Shown here piece by piece: positions 50,734 to 62,550 of a stretch of DNA of 64,000 nt. The notes under the pieces were generated by a model. That model was not told the origin of the DNA. It did no database searches and was given only the letters and a program-made list of their open reading frames with translations. Made by a program: the position numbers and the translations under genes. This DNA is from Podarcis gaigeae (lineage: Eukaryota): NCBI GenBank assembly GCA_964106915.2, contig OZ066918.1. One strand, given 5' to 3'. The stretch's first letter is position 1, and each line of letters starts with the position of its first letter.

Positions 50734-50993
50734 CAGTGGTACCTCGGGTTACATACGCTTCAGGTTACATACGCTTCAGGTTACAGACTCCGCTAACCCA
50801 GACATAGTGCTTCAGGTTAAGAACTTTGCTTCAGGTTAAGAACTTTGCTTCAGGATAAGAACAGAAATCGTGCTCTGGCGGCGCAGCGGCAGTGGGAGGC
50901 CCCATTAGCTAAAGTGGTGCTTCAGGTTAAAAACAGTTTCAGGTTAAGAATGGACCTCTGGAACGAATTAAATACTTAACCAAGGTACCACTG
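50734..50993. mobile_element. Tigger/pogo-like MITE (inverted relative to the copy at 34827)
   Basis: TIRs cagtggtacct / aggtaccactg, TA TSD, internal cttcaggtta repeats. Confidence 0.85.
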
Positions 50994-51971
50994 TATATCC
51001 ATATCACCCTGCTCCATCTCTAGCATTTTCTGGCCCATCCTCTCCTTGTCCTTGTATTTGTGAATTTGTTTTGTGTGGTTGCACATCATTCCATGAGTTC
51101 AGTGCATGTGAGCAGTTACACAATACTCAGTGCATAACACTCAATTGCACAAAGCAAATAGTGGGTGTTTCCCCTGGTGTTTTATTTCTTAAATGGAAGG
51201 GAGAAATACAATTTATGAAGGATGCAGGCAAGTAAGTTTCCCCTCAAGCAAACATTAGAGAAGGCAGTTAATGTTGGCCAAGCTTGCAGAGAGCTTTTTT
51301 GGCAAGAGAAACCTTATTGCTAGGTGCACATGAAGTTCAATTACTGTCCAGCAGCCATTAAGAGGAGGCTGCCCAAAATAAATGCAGCAGGTCTTTTGGA
51401 ACTGATGCCGGGAAAGAAGCTGAACTGCAGCAAGAGGACCCCATAGAAGGGAAGAAGGGAAGAAGGGAAGCAGAGATGGGAGGGATGGGCCAAGCAGTAT
51501 TTTCACACCTGCATGCCTTCCTCACAGCTGCATTGCATCATGAGTTTTGTAGGTTTAAAGCAGCAGAAGTAATTAGTAGCTTGTGTACCTGATGATCCAG
51601 CATTTTGCTAAAAATAATAAAGCACTTCCTGGATGAATGTGCAGCAGCACAACATGTCTCTAATTTTGGAACACAGAGTTGTATTAGCAGAACCCGAACC
51701 TGATTTCTGGCTTAGGTGGTAATATCAATCAGCAGTGACACTGGCTCATCTGCTGCTGCAGCTGCAACCAAACATGTCTTTCCCGTTTTACTTCACCCCC
51801 TCAGGCGCACGCCTTCATTGTCTTCCAAGAGAAACAGATACCTACAAGTGAAGCTGGCAGACTGAAGAATTGCAGTGACCTTAGCTTCCATAATTTGCTG
51901 CACTTGGGATGCCAAAAAGTCGCGTTCATGTTCTTTGTGGGAGAATTTTAAGGCACAGTTCTTTCTTGCAG

Positions 51972-52177
51972 GTTGTTTTGGGGTTGCCCTTCCTGGTGGT
52001 GAACCCTGTTGGGTACGTGTCCCGTTCCTTTGATCTGGGCCGACAGTTCCTCTTCAAGTGGACAGTAAACTGGCGATTCTTGCCAGAAGCGGTTTTCCAG
52101 CACCGGACATTCCACCTGGCATTGCTGGCCGCCCATTTAGCTGCCCTGGGGCTCTTTGCACTGAAGAGGTGGCACAG
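51972..52177 (+). CDS. ALG3: ALG3 exon 6 (VVLGLPFL...[21 protein letters not shown]...WHR)
   Basis: Conserved KWTVNWRF motif, AG/GT boundaries. Confidence 0.96.
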
Positions 52178-52800
52178 GTGAGAAGGTGGCATTATCACTG
52201 TGCTCAAGGGAGCAAGTACGTGTGAAACTCAAACGAGCTTCTAATTCTCCAGCACTGGCCTGATACAAAGCAAGAGAGAAAATGGGACTTTGGGGGCACA
52301 TACACAACCCACACAAAATTAGCCTTTGCAGGATTCTGCTTCAGTTCAGTGCAAGGGTGCAGAAACCACTTGCACTGAAAGTCAGTGTCATGTAGTGCAC
52401 AGAATGTGAAAGCTGGGGCAAGTTCTGGGTTCAAATCCCTACTCACCCATTTGAAGCTTAGTCTTAAGAACAGCCCCACCTGATCTCAGCAGAGGTCCAC
52501 ATGTCCTAGGATCCTGTTTCCAATGGGGTGAGCAGATGCTTGCAGGCATCTTATATATAGGGTGTGGAAAGCAGCAGCTGTTGTCTGTTTTTTACCCCAG
52601 CACCTAGTTTTAAGAGAGAAACTGCCTAATTGGAGATCTGCTCTGTCACTCTCAGCCTAACCTGTCTCATGGATTAAGAAGAGATTATGCTTAACTGCCC
52701 TGAATAAAAGTTTACACTTCCAGCGGGAAGGGTTCCACTTTCTTATGGATTACAACATATGCTTCTCTCCTCTAACCCCCACCCTGCCCCCAAACTGCAG

Positions 52801-52877
52801 GTGTGATGAAAGCATCCTGTCACTGCTGAAGGATCCAGCTGAGAGGAAGAACCCTCCGCAGCCCCTCTCAGCCAATC
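52801..52877 (+). CDS. ALG3: ALG3 exon 7 (CDESILSLLKDPAERKNPPQPLSAN-Q)
   Basis: CAG acceptor, followed by the U12 donor ATATCCTTT. Frame fits exons 6 and 8. Confidence 0.92.
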
Positions 52878-53698
52878 ATATCCTTTTGCCAGAGTGGTGG
52901 GGATGGTTTGCCACATGGTAGATGGTTTGTGTGATGGTACAAGAACGGCCCTTTTTTGTGGTGGGCCCCCACTTGTGGAATGCTCTCCCTGGCGAAGCTT
53001 GCTTGGCACCGAAGTTACTTATCTTTAGGCCCCAGGTAAAAACTTCCCTCTTCTCCTAGGCCTTTGGATAATTAGACAATTATGGTATGTATGTTTGTGT
53101 TTTTAATATTGTAAATTGCTCCGTGATCCTCCAATGGAGGGTGGTATAAAAGTTTAATGAATAGTAATTTATAAAAGGGGACGCAGGTGGCGCTGTGGGT
53201 TAAAGCCTCAGCGCCTAGGACTTGCCGATCGAAAGGTCGGCAGTTCAAATCCCCGCGGCGGAGTGCGCTCCCGCTGCTCGGTCCCAGCGCCTGCCAACCT
53301 AGCAGTTCGAAAGCACCTCCGGGTGGAAGTAGATAAATAGGGACCGCTTACCAGCGGGAAGGTAAACGGCGTTTCCGTGTGCAGCTCTGGCTCGCCAGAT
53401 GCAGCTTTGTCACGCTGGCCACGTGACCTGGAAGTGTCTCCGGACAGCGCTGGCCCCTGGCCTCTTAAGTGAAATGGGCGCACAACCCCAGAGTCTGTCA
53501 AGACTGGCCCGTACGGGCAGGGGTACCTTTACCTTTACCTTTAGTTTATAAAAGGGTGGGACGCGGGTGGCGCTGTGGTCTAAACCACTGAGCCTAGGGC
53601 TTGCTGATTGGAAGCGCCACCAAAGTTGAAATCCAGAGCTGCAGTGGATTTCAACTTTCAACTTTGCACATTGCATCCTTCCCTTAACCAAAGGCCAC
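52878..53698 (+). other. ALG3: U12-type (minor spliceosome) AT-AC intron, ALG3 intron 7
   Basis: 5' ATATCCTTT, branch site TTCCCTTAAC at 53679-53688, terminal AC at 53697-53698. These boundaries keep the reading frame. Confidence 0.93.
53178..53541 (+). mobile_element. Young Sauria SINE, followed by a second SINE head at 53558-53612
   Basis: Full length with (acctttt)-type tail. Flanking duplication tttataaaaggg at 53168-53179 and 53545-53556. Confidence 0.92.
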
Positions 53699-53843
53699 AG
53701 GTAGTCTTTGCTCTCTTCACTTCCAACTTCATCGGCGTTTGCTTCAGCCGCTCCTTGCACTACCAGTTCTACGTCTGGTATTTCCACACTCTGCCCTACT
53801 TGCTCTGGTGCACGCCTCCCAAGAAGCTTGCTCATCTGCTAAA
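53699..53843 (+). CDS. ALG3: ALG3 exon 8 ([36 protein letters not shown]...)
   Basis: Conserved RSLHYQFY motif, GTGCGT donor. Confidence 0.95.
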
Positions 53844-54719
53844 GTGCGTACTGGCAGGGGGTGGGGAAGGGAGATGAGTCAAGGGGACGCAGGGTCATGC
53901 CATCCATGTGCCTATTTTCTCTGTGCAGTCAGATCCATGTAGTGAGTAGGAACTGCATTGCAGTTTTACAGAATTTACAGCATACATGCCTGTGATTCCA
54001 GCGCGTGCTCACTTGGTCATGATTACAGAACTTTGGGTTGCACCCAGAACTCACATTTCACTCAGAGGGAGGGGACATTTGAATGCAACCATTTATTTAT
54101 TGGGGTATTTGTAGGGTCACCTTTTCTCCCCCAAAGCAGTTAGATGACGAATCTTTGAAACAAAGGCCATATCTGCACCATACATTTGAAGCACTCTTGT
54201 ACCACTTCAAATGTATGTTGTGGATGTGGCTGAAGTCAGGATCACAAAGAGAACATCAAAACCAGTGAGGGGGGGTGGGGCTAGTGGGAGTTAAGCAATG
54301 TGCTGTAAAATTACATTTCAAATCATTTGCACATGTTAAACACACACACAAAAATCTGGATGAAGAGGGAAGATGTCACGGGTTTCTGGAATAAAGACAT
54401 TTTAAAAAATAGCTCAGCTTGCTGCAGAATTTTGATGGATTAGGGGTGAAGCAGGGAGTTCAACTTTCCACCTCCACTTACGAAAACCTTGATGCAGGTG
54501 CCACTGTAACATAATTCATGTAGGATTCTAATCAGAACTTTTTATAAAAAGGCCCGTATATTTAGGGGAGGTTCAGAACTCTTTATTGGCACATCTGTTT
54601 AGTTTAAGAATGTATAAACAGTTTCCTAATCAATGTTTTCCAAAGCAGAATGCAGAATATGTATACAAATCCGAAAAACAAACTTTGAAATCATTGAATT
54701 ATCCAAACTCGGTATATAT

Positions 54720-55250
54720 TATAAAATGGCCAAGTCACACTTCAGAGAAGGCTGTCTTAAAAAAAAAAAGTTTTCAATAGCTACCTATATTTCAGTTGGA
54801 TGCCGGTTCCAGAAGGCTGGAGCTGCAGCATTAAAGGCCTGGTATATTTAATGATATCAGGTGTACTTCTGGGGCATACAGAACTCTTAATGATGCCCTG
54901 TAAGAATAATGCAATTGCCAGAGAGGAGCATGAGGGGCAAGGCTTAAGTTTCTCAAATGTCCTAGCCCTAACTTGTATCACTTTAAATGCTAGAAGCGAA
55001 ACTTTTAACTGAGCCACATAACGTATTGGCAGCCAAGTGCAGTTTCTTAGCAGAGGTGTTATATACTGTTGGTGGGATGCCCCAGCCAACAGCCTAGCTG
55101 CATTATTGTAACCTAGCTGCAGTTTCTGGATTGCTCAAGAGAAGCCCCACATAGAGTGCACCGGAGTAATCCCGTCTTGAGAGTTCCTGATGCCTGGATC
55201 ACAATAGTCATAGCTGTCTCGCCAGATGAAGCTGATAAAAGGTGCTGTTA
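54720..55250 (-). mobile_element. Degenerate L2-type LINE fragment
   Basis: YITPLLRNCTWLPIRYVAQLKVSLLAFK resembles the L2 ORF2 C-terminus. Confidence 0.6.
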
Positions 55251-55881
55251 GTCACTGAGGTTACCTGGGACTCCAGTGACATACATGGATCTAGGAGTAC
55301 CTTTGCTGAAGCAGAACTGAGGGCAGGGTGGGGGGTGGCAAAGAAGCAAGTGCTAAGTTCAAGATCCTGGTTCTGGTGTAGAAAGCCTTTACATCGTGGT
55401 ACCAGGATACCTGAAAGATCATCTCATTTCTTACATACACAATTGATCACTGTGCTCTGCAGGTGAGGGCCTCCCACAAATAGCCTCTTATCGGGTCTGT
55501 TATGCACAATAGCTGAATTGGGCTTTTAGCATTGTGGCACCTACCCTTTGGAATGCCTTCCCCTTGAATATTGGGTAACATCTCTGTTGTTGTTTTTATG
55601 GCGCCTACTAAAGACCTTCCTCTTTCAACGAGCCTTTTAAGTTGAGCTCTTTCCGAGTCTGCATCTGTGCTGGAATAGTTTTAAATATGTTTTGTATTGT
55701 TTTATTTCTTGTTTTCTGCCCTGGGCTCCTTTGGGAGGATAGACAGGATATAAATGTAATAAACGAACAAACAATTTTTAAGAGTGAAAGTGAGGGAAGG
55801 AGAAAAACCCACTCCTCCTGCCACGACAGCCTTATGTGACTTCTTGAACAATGTCCTATTTCTTTTTTCCTCTCCCTTCAG

Positions 55882-56056
55882 GGTGCTCATTCTAGGTTTG
55901 ATCGAGCTTTCTTGGAACACGTACCCGTCAACAGTTTACAGCTCCGCCGCCCTCCATGTTTGCCATGCCATCATCCTTCTGCAGCTGTGGTGTGGGACGG
56001 AGCCCTCCATGACCCCCCAGGAAGTAAAGAAGCAGCCTTTGAAAAAGGCCGAGTGA
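55882..56056 (+). CDS. ALG3: ALG3 exon 9 ([21 protein letters not shown]...KKAE*)
   Basis: WNTYPST motif and C-terminal KKxx ER-retrieval signal. Total CDS is 1332 nt (443 aa plus stop). Confidence 0.96.
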
Positions 56057-56274
56057 AAACTGCACAAGAGGAGCTTCCCACAGTGAGAGCATGAACAAGA
56101 TGGTCCAGGCATGGATGTTGCTCTGGGTCAGATGCTGATGGACCACTTCCATTCCCTCCAGGGAGGACCTCTTGCTCAAGTGTAGGCACTGCCTCCTAGC
56201 CCAGAGCGGGGGTGGTGTGTGGATGGGAAAGAGTACAATCTGCATACCTGCTGGTGGTAATGTGGAACAGCTTA

Positions 56275-56280
56275 AATAAA
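56275..56280 (+). terminator. ALG3 polyadenylation signal
   Basis: AATAAA about 220 nt after the stop codon, with a U/GU-rich tract downstream. Confidence 0.7.
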
Positions 56281-56976
56281 ATTAGCCAGGGCTTGGCGTG
56301 AGGCCTCTTGCCTCTGTATTTTGACTTTTGTCTCGTGGCTGCACTTCATTTGCTTTTAAAGCAAGCTTCTTGGCCTTTTAAATGTGGATAACACTTGAGA
56401 ACAGGTGGACTTAAGGTTGTATCCAACACCGTCCCATTAGTGCAAGGACTTCCGCTTGCACAATGGAACTGTCCCTCCCTCTGCTCCCCCCATGCACCCA
56501 CTAAAGCTGTTCTGTAGATTTTCCCCAACTTTCCTGAGCAAATTAGCGGGCAACGGGTGGGCAGAGACAGGAGAGGGAGGGGAAGTTTGGTTCTGCAAGT
56601 GGAAATCTGCGCACCAATGGGATGACTTCCTCGGATACAACCCTAGAGTGTTGCTTTTTACTGGGAATAAACTTAATTTTCTGCTGTGGTGGAAGGAGAG
56701 CCTTTCCCACTCATTTCAGGAGTCAAGGCTGTGCAAAACAGGCTTGCAATACACTTCCTGTGGGGGACATCTCTCTTCCCTTTTTTGGACATACGGTAAT
56801 TAGGCCAACCCAATAGATGAGGGTAATCAGGAGACTAGCCCTGGCTCTCTATGGCAACTCAAGTGCCAGTAATTGTGGAGGTAACTGGAAAAAGCATTGC
56901 TGGTGTGGACACAGAGTCACCCAAAGACCTGGGCAATGAAAGAACACGCTGCTGCTCCAGACTCTGATCGCGTCTC

Positions 56977-56982
56977 TTTATT
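56977..56982 (-). terminator. VWA5B2 polyadenylation signal
   Basis: AATAAA on the minus strand about 40 nt after the stop codon. Confidence 0.6.
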
Positions 56983-57022
56983 GGCACCCGCAACCCAACA
57001 GCCTGCTCTGCTCACTACTCCT

Positions 57023-57682
57023 TCACACGTTGTTTGGGTTGTAACACAGCATGTTCAGCTTGATGTTCTCATCCCAGTGGCGGAGCAGCAGGAAGAGTTG
57101 ACGTGCTGCCCCTTTGAGAGCGGCGACATCCACACCTTCTGGCAGCTGCTGTGCCCGCAGCCAGGAATCAGCCTTGGCTGCCAGCAACTCCCACTCCACA
57201 AAGAACCCGGCACAGCGGTGCTCCAGCCAGGCCAAAGCCACAGCTGTGGCCCAGCTCATGCTCTCCAGGTCCCCTTCCTCTGCATCTGGGCACATCTCCT
57301 GCAGGCTGATGCTCACTTCAGAGGCATCCGGCGAATGGTCGCAGGCGTCGGTCTCGGAGCCACGCCCGCTGTCTGCCTGTGCCCACACGGCAGCACTCAG
57401 CACTTCTGAGCAGGTGCTGTGTGAGTGTGGCGATCCTGGCTCCACCGCTCCCTCCTTGCTCGTTCCAACTACTTCACCGCCATCTGGGGAAGGCTGGTTT
57501 GCTGTTAGCCTTGGGCTGGCCTTGGCTATGAGTGCCCAAGGGGAGGTGCTGGAGGCAGGGCTGAGGCTGGCACGGTGGGAGGCATAGGGAGAGGCCCGGC
57601 GCAAGCGGTCCAGTGGGATCTGAATGACCTCCGAGAAACACTCGGTCAGCTGGAACATGCCGGGCGCCTGCTGCAGCCGCAC
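57023..57682 (-). CDS. VWA5B2: VWA5B2 last exon (VRLQQAPGMFQL...WATAVALAWLEHRCAGFFVEWELLAAKADSWL...MLCYNPNNV*)
   Basis: VWA5-family C-terminal motif WATAVALAWLE...EWEL..AKA..WL, CAG acceptor, convergent with ALG3 as in other vertebrates. Confidence 0.93.
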   Translation of the reverse strand: MRLQQAPGMFQLTECFSEVIQIPLDRLRRASPYASHRASLSPASSTSPWALIAKASPRLTANQPSPDGGEVVGTSKEGAVEPGSPHSHSTCSEVLSAAVWAQADSGRGSETDACDHSPDASEVSISLQEMCPDAEEGDLESMSWATAVALAWLEHRCAGFFVEWELLAAKADSWLRAQQLPEGVDVAALKGAARQLFLLLRHWDENIKLNMLCYNPNNV

Positions 57683-58179
57683 CTGTTACAAGGGAGAAGT
57701 TGGATGTGCATTTAAGCCAACCTTCTGAGTCCCTTAACAGTTCAGTGGGAAGTGCTTCTGTGCAAGTTCAAAGCTGTTTTGCAACTCCCTTTCATTTGAG
57801 AAGGCTTGTGCAGCAGAGATTTTTATGGGTTGTGCCAGGGCTAGGGAACATTTAGCCCTCCAGATGCTGCTGGACTACAACTCCCATCATCCCTGATCAT
57901 ACACACTGCTGGCTGTGGCCGATGGGAATTGTAGTTGGGAACTGTATACTCTTTTGGTTCATTCAGAACAGTCTTATTTGTTCTATAATAGCAATGATTT
58001 TATCTGTTATATAATTGCATATTAAACTGTTGAAACCTGTCCTGGGGCCTTATAGTGAAGGGCGGGGAAGAAACCTTATAAATATAATTAAAAGTCCAGC
58101 AGAAATCACATAAGATGGGCAACCAATGTGGGATAAAACGATGCTGCAGTGATCTAGGCAGAGGGGAAGAGAGGCTTAC

Positions 58180-58291
58180 CAGTGGGAGATAGTCCTGAAT
58201 GGCACTGTCACAAGAGGAGAGTTCGCTTTCAGGGGTCAGACACTGGGGACGCAGTGCCAGGCCTTGACCCCGTCGCCGGCTGATGCTGAAT
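58180..58291 (-). CDS. VWA5B2: VWA5B2 exon (RFSISRRRGQGLALRPQCL...DYLPL)
   Basis: AG / GTAAGC boundaries. The DYLPL|VRLQ junction is typical of VWA5B proteins. Confidence 0.9.
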
Positions 58292-59187
58292 CTGCAGAGA
58301 CCAGAGTCACCCAGGTGAAATGTCATGGTGATGTCAGCAGCTTGTTCGATCAGGCTAGGGACTCTTATAGTGCAGCCTTCTGCTTCTTACAGTGGTCAAG
58401 CAAAGCTGGATGGGCCAAGCAAAGCATGAAAACCACCCTGTTCCCCAGCATCTGGTATACTGCCTCCATTCATAGGGGTAGTTCTCAATGGCTCTTAACC
58501 TTGATAAGACTGGATCCTGCATGCACTGAGAAAGATGGACTGCAGGCCAGCTTCCTCTAGCCCATACCAGGTTAACAAAACTCTCCTTTTAGGTGGGGCC
58601 TTCCACCCTCCTGTGGGGGGGTCTATATATAATGGAGGTGCTCAAGCATGTTTATATTAGCAGGTACGGGGTGGGTGTGGTTTTCCTCTCTAGGAAGGAT
58701 TATCTCACACAAGCGCTTGCAGGCTTTAACAGGCTTCAAAATGTGTTGTAAAATCCCAAATGCTGGGTGGAAGACAACAACATTACTCATAGAAAACAGA
58801 GCTTCAGCATCTCCGTTGCTCCACAGAGATCTAGTAGTGGAAGCAACTGTGTCTTCTGTCCTGATCCTTCCCTGCTCTTTCCACCTTATCGAAGACCACA
58901 AGATGCTCTGGACTGGGTCTTTCTCAGTTACGTATTTTGTACAGCACCTAGTATGTAGATAGTGCTAATATTTTAGATGATAAGGGAGAGTTTTCAGAGC
59001 TAACTCAGCTGGGAACTTGTAGAGAATACCTACAGTGAGTTCTCTGTTGATCCTAAAAAAGATGGATAAACTCTTAAGGATTTCAATTGGTGTTGCATGA
59101 TACTGCAAACACTCTCAGAATGGTTGGTCAAAAGAACGACCTTCCTGCAAAGTAGCCTGTTGCATCTCCCAGCCTTGGAAGACTCAC

Positions 59188-59257
59188 CTGGAGCCCACAA
59201 AGTTCTCCATTGATTTCTGGGAGCCCACAGAGACAGGAGAGGGACTGGAATCGACAC
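59188..59257 (-). CDS. VWA5B2: VWA5B2 exon (GVDSSPSPVSVGSQKSMENFVGSR)
   Basis: TAG acceptor and GTGAGT donor, phases 1/2 fit the neighbouring exons. Confidence 0.8.
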
Positions 59258-60766
59258 CTAGACCAGAAAGAAAGCAACTGGTTAGGAGCTGCAAAATAGC
59301 AAACAGTGATGGAGACCAGTGGTGCCCATGGGGACTGGTGGGGGTGGAAGGTATGGTGACAGAGATAATGTGGAGCCAGGGCCAATGCCAGGCAAAGCCA
59401 GCCAATTCTAGGTTTGCCCACATCCTCCTCTGAGTTTTATAAAGGCAACACTGACTTGGAGGAGGAAGAAGTTGACAGGCAGTGCTCTAGACTGTAAGTC
59501 AGAAGTCAGGCAGGTGGGGACTGGTTGAGGGCAGGCTGAGGTTGGTGTGGCAGTGCCCCATTTGTTTTAATAGACCAGCCTTCACTGATTGAGACCACAC
59601 AGCTTTACTTCCACAGAGCTGGCTATGGTAACTGCAGCTTTATTGGCAGGGCTGCATCTTAATGCCATTTGCTCAGGGTCTCCCAGCTGATGCACAGCAA
59701 AGCTCTTTATTCTCTCCCCATAGCAATAGCAAAATAAGTTACAGAAGGAAAGCAAAAGTGGTGCAGTGGTTAGAGAGTTGAACTAGGACTTGGGAGATCA
59801 GGGTTCAAGTCCTCAGCCACGAAGCTCAAGGAGCGACCTTGGGCCAGTCACTTCCTCTCAGCCTAACCTGCCCCACAGGATTGCTGTGAGGATGAAATGG
59901 GGAATGGAAAAACTCTCTGTGCTGCCTAGAGCTCCTAGAAGGGAAGGTGGGAGAGAAATGTTATAAATAAATAGGGGTAGAGTTTGTGGGCTCTTGCAGA
60001 TGATGTATTGATCAAGCGTTCGTCCTTTCTCTCCTAGAGATTAAATTATATCTGGTCTTCTGATTTCTGAGCAGAGCAGTTATATGACAAGGAGTACTTG
60101 TCTTGTATTTGTCCTGATTTGCTTGTGAAGCATTTATATATCTTCCTGTTAGGCCTTAGTTCATCCCAAACTTTTCAATGCATTTCTCCACTTTCAAAAC
60201 TGCATAAAAACTTGCTTTTTAAAAAGTGGATTTGTTGCACTAGGGTGACAGAGCCTTTAATCCACTTTAATTGCACAAACCTAAGTTTGTGGTGTGTGCT
60301 TGATAGATTTAGGCACCCTAAATCTATTAAAGCACCTGGTTTAATGCAGCCTCTCCAGATCCTTCACACCCTCCAAACTGCTGTAAGACTTACCATCATG
60401 ACAGTTCTGCTTTTCTTGGTTGACAGAAGTGACACTAACAGGAAAAGAAGGAATCTCTTCTCGTTCTAGGAAGTAAAGAAAATTCCTGACATCAGACTAA
60501 CAACTGATAGAACCTGTAGAGAACTGGAGGGAAGTCGGGGGCATTCAATCTATTATTTTGTTAGCTGGCTATTTTATCTATTTATATACTGCTTCATTGT
60601 AATAAAACCTCTAAGCGGTTTACAGGAAACAACAACAGTATCTAACTAGTTAATGGCAGCTGTACAAGATCAAAACAGACTCCCACAGAATATAAGGACA
60701 AAAAAAAACTGCTGCAAATCAGAAGCTGAAATTGGGTTGCTCAAAGCTCATGCTGATCCAAAAGAG

Positions 60767-61111
60767 CAGGGATGGGGAACTTCCAGCTTAACAAGGCCCA
60801 CCAGACCTCCCTATGTGGCCCAAGAGAATATTTTGGCTAAACCATGCCCACCGGTGCGGAACTTTGTAAGTCCTGGGAATCAGCTGCAAAAGTAGGTTAC
60901 CTGATCTCACTGGTGCCATTATAACTAAGAGGAAGACTTCTGGTCTTTTGTTAAACATTATCTTGAACAATTTTTTGAATTCATTATATATGAGGGTCCC
61001 AAAAGGTTTTTTTTTATTTTCTTGCAACTCCACCACTTGTCAAACTTGGCCCACAGTGGGTAGGGGAAATAAGGATCCTGCCCATCAGCCATATTCCATT
61101 TCCCACCCCTG
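60767..61111. mobile_element. hAT-type MITE carrying an internal L1 ORF2 fragment
   Basis: Ends cagggatgggga / tcccacccctg, perfect 8-bp TSD caaaagag at 60759-60766 and 61112-61119. Confidence 0.75.
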
Positions 61112-61563
61112 CAAAAGAGAGTTCTGTGATCAGTCAATAGTGGCAGGTTGGGACTGATACTGCTATATCCAGAAGTGTGTTAAAAGGACCTGTTCACAGG
61201 AAGACAGGAGGCTGCCTTAAGCTGAGTCAGATTGTTCCTCCAACCTTCGCTAAAAAAAGCTTTTGCCGAATGCTGAAGAAGTACCTCTTTACCTGGGCCT
61301 TTGACACCAGAGAAGTATAGCTTTATGCGTTTGGGGTGTTAAGTGGTATGTCAGACCCCACTACCCCCTGGATCCAGCAAGTGTTAAAATCTAATCAAGT
61401 CTTCTAATTCCTGAAATAGCCAGGTTAGCCTCCCGGTGAGGCGTAAGGAGAACAAAGGAAGGGCCTCTGTGGGAGATGGCAAATGGGTGCAGCCTCTCCC
61501 TCAACTCGTGGATAGTTAGAAAGACAGAGGCGGAATTTAGAGTTGAAAAAGTTGCAATGATAT

Positions 61564-62011
61564 TGTCAGGTGGTGGTGTGGTTGCTCGAGAGCAAACAGG
61601 CAAGACTCCAACCTGTCTTTTCCAGGCTTTATTATTAGTCCAAACTATTTACAGTGAAGAGCGTCGCAAGTCCATGTCTGCTCAGTCGCTAGCAGAATCT
61701 GGGAATGGCCGGTCCTTGTACCTCCCCCAGCATAACAGTCGTGTGACACCCATCCTTCTCCTCCCCTCTTTGCGCCGAAACCTACTGCGCAGAGTGGGCA
61801 CTGGCAAGGGGTTTTTGCCTTCGCTCCGCTTTGCTCAGGCTTGGTGTTGAGGCTCTCCCCAGCATCTCCTGGTCCCTGCACCCCCTCCCCACTGGAGGCA
61901 GGGCTTTCCTCCTCGCCAGAGGAGGAACTGCTTCGCAAGACCTTCGGAGGCTCCCTATAACACAATTGCCCTTCCACCTCTCGCCTCTGAGCTGATGGCA
62001 GTTCCCTGACC
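61564..62011 (-). mobile_element. Solo LTR (probably Gypsy-like) nested in another LTR-like sequence (about 61349-62290)
   Basis: Ends tgtcagg...cctgac(c), 5-bp TSD gatat at 61559-61563 and 62012-62016, minus-strand AATAAA at 61628-61633. Confidence 0.6.
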
Positions 62012-62550
62012 GATATGGGCAGATGTAACGCAGCAACCTGGGAGAAGACGGAGAAGCAGAGCAATGTTGGATGTCTGTTTGTATCCAGGGCTGTGGCTGT
62101 GGGAGAAGCAAGGCCCTTTTGGGGTGCTAATGCTGTGAACTCCTCCATCGTAGGCTCAGGTTGTATATATGTGTAAATAAACCATATATCCTAAAGACAC
62201 CACAGTCTCTGCTGTGATTCATTCCCAAAGGAAACACAAACCCTGGGTAAGCACCTGGAACCCCTGAAATCTTGCACTGCTTGGAGTGCAAATATTTTTA
62301 GGGCCCTATTCTTTTGGTTTAATTTGTTTTAAACTGATTTTAATGTTGTATCTTTAAATTGCTGTAACCTGACCCAGGATCTTGTGGTGGAGGGAGGATA
62401 AGAAATTGAATAATAGTACTATTACTAATAATAGCACTAAATTCCTCGATTTGTATTTGTTTCTCTGCTTCTTCCCCATCTACTGCCTCCTGGGGGTCCT
62501 TGTGTCATGTAGATAAAGGGTTCCTTAGACAGGTGAAGTGACACTAGTAC

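Noticed and set aside
50745-50860. CRISPR-like short repeats (cttcaggtta units)
   Set aside because: Internal repeats of a MITE in a eukaryotic intron; no unique spacers or cas genes.
56897-57587. Plus-strand ORFs of 170 and 157 aa
   Set aside because: Antisense shadows of the VWA5B2 last exon.
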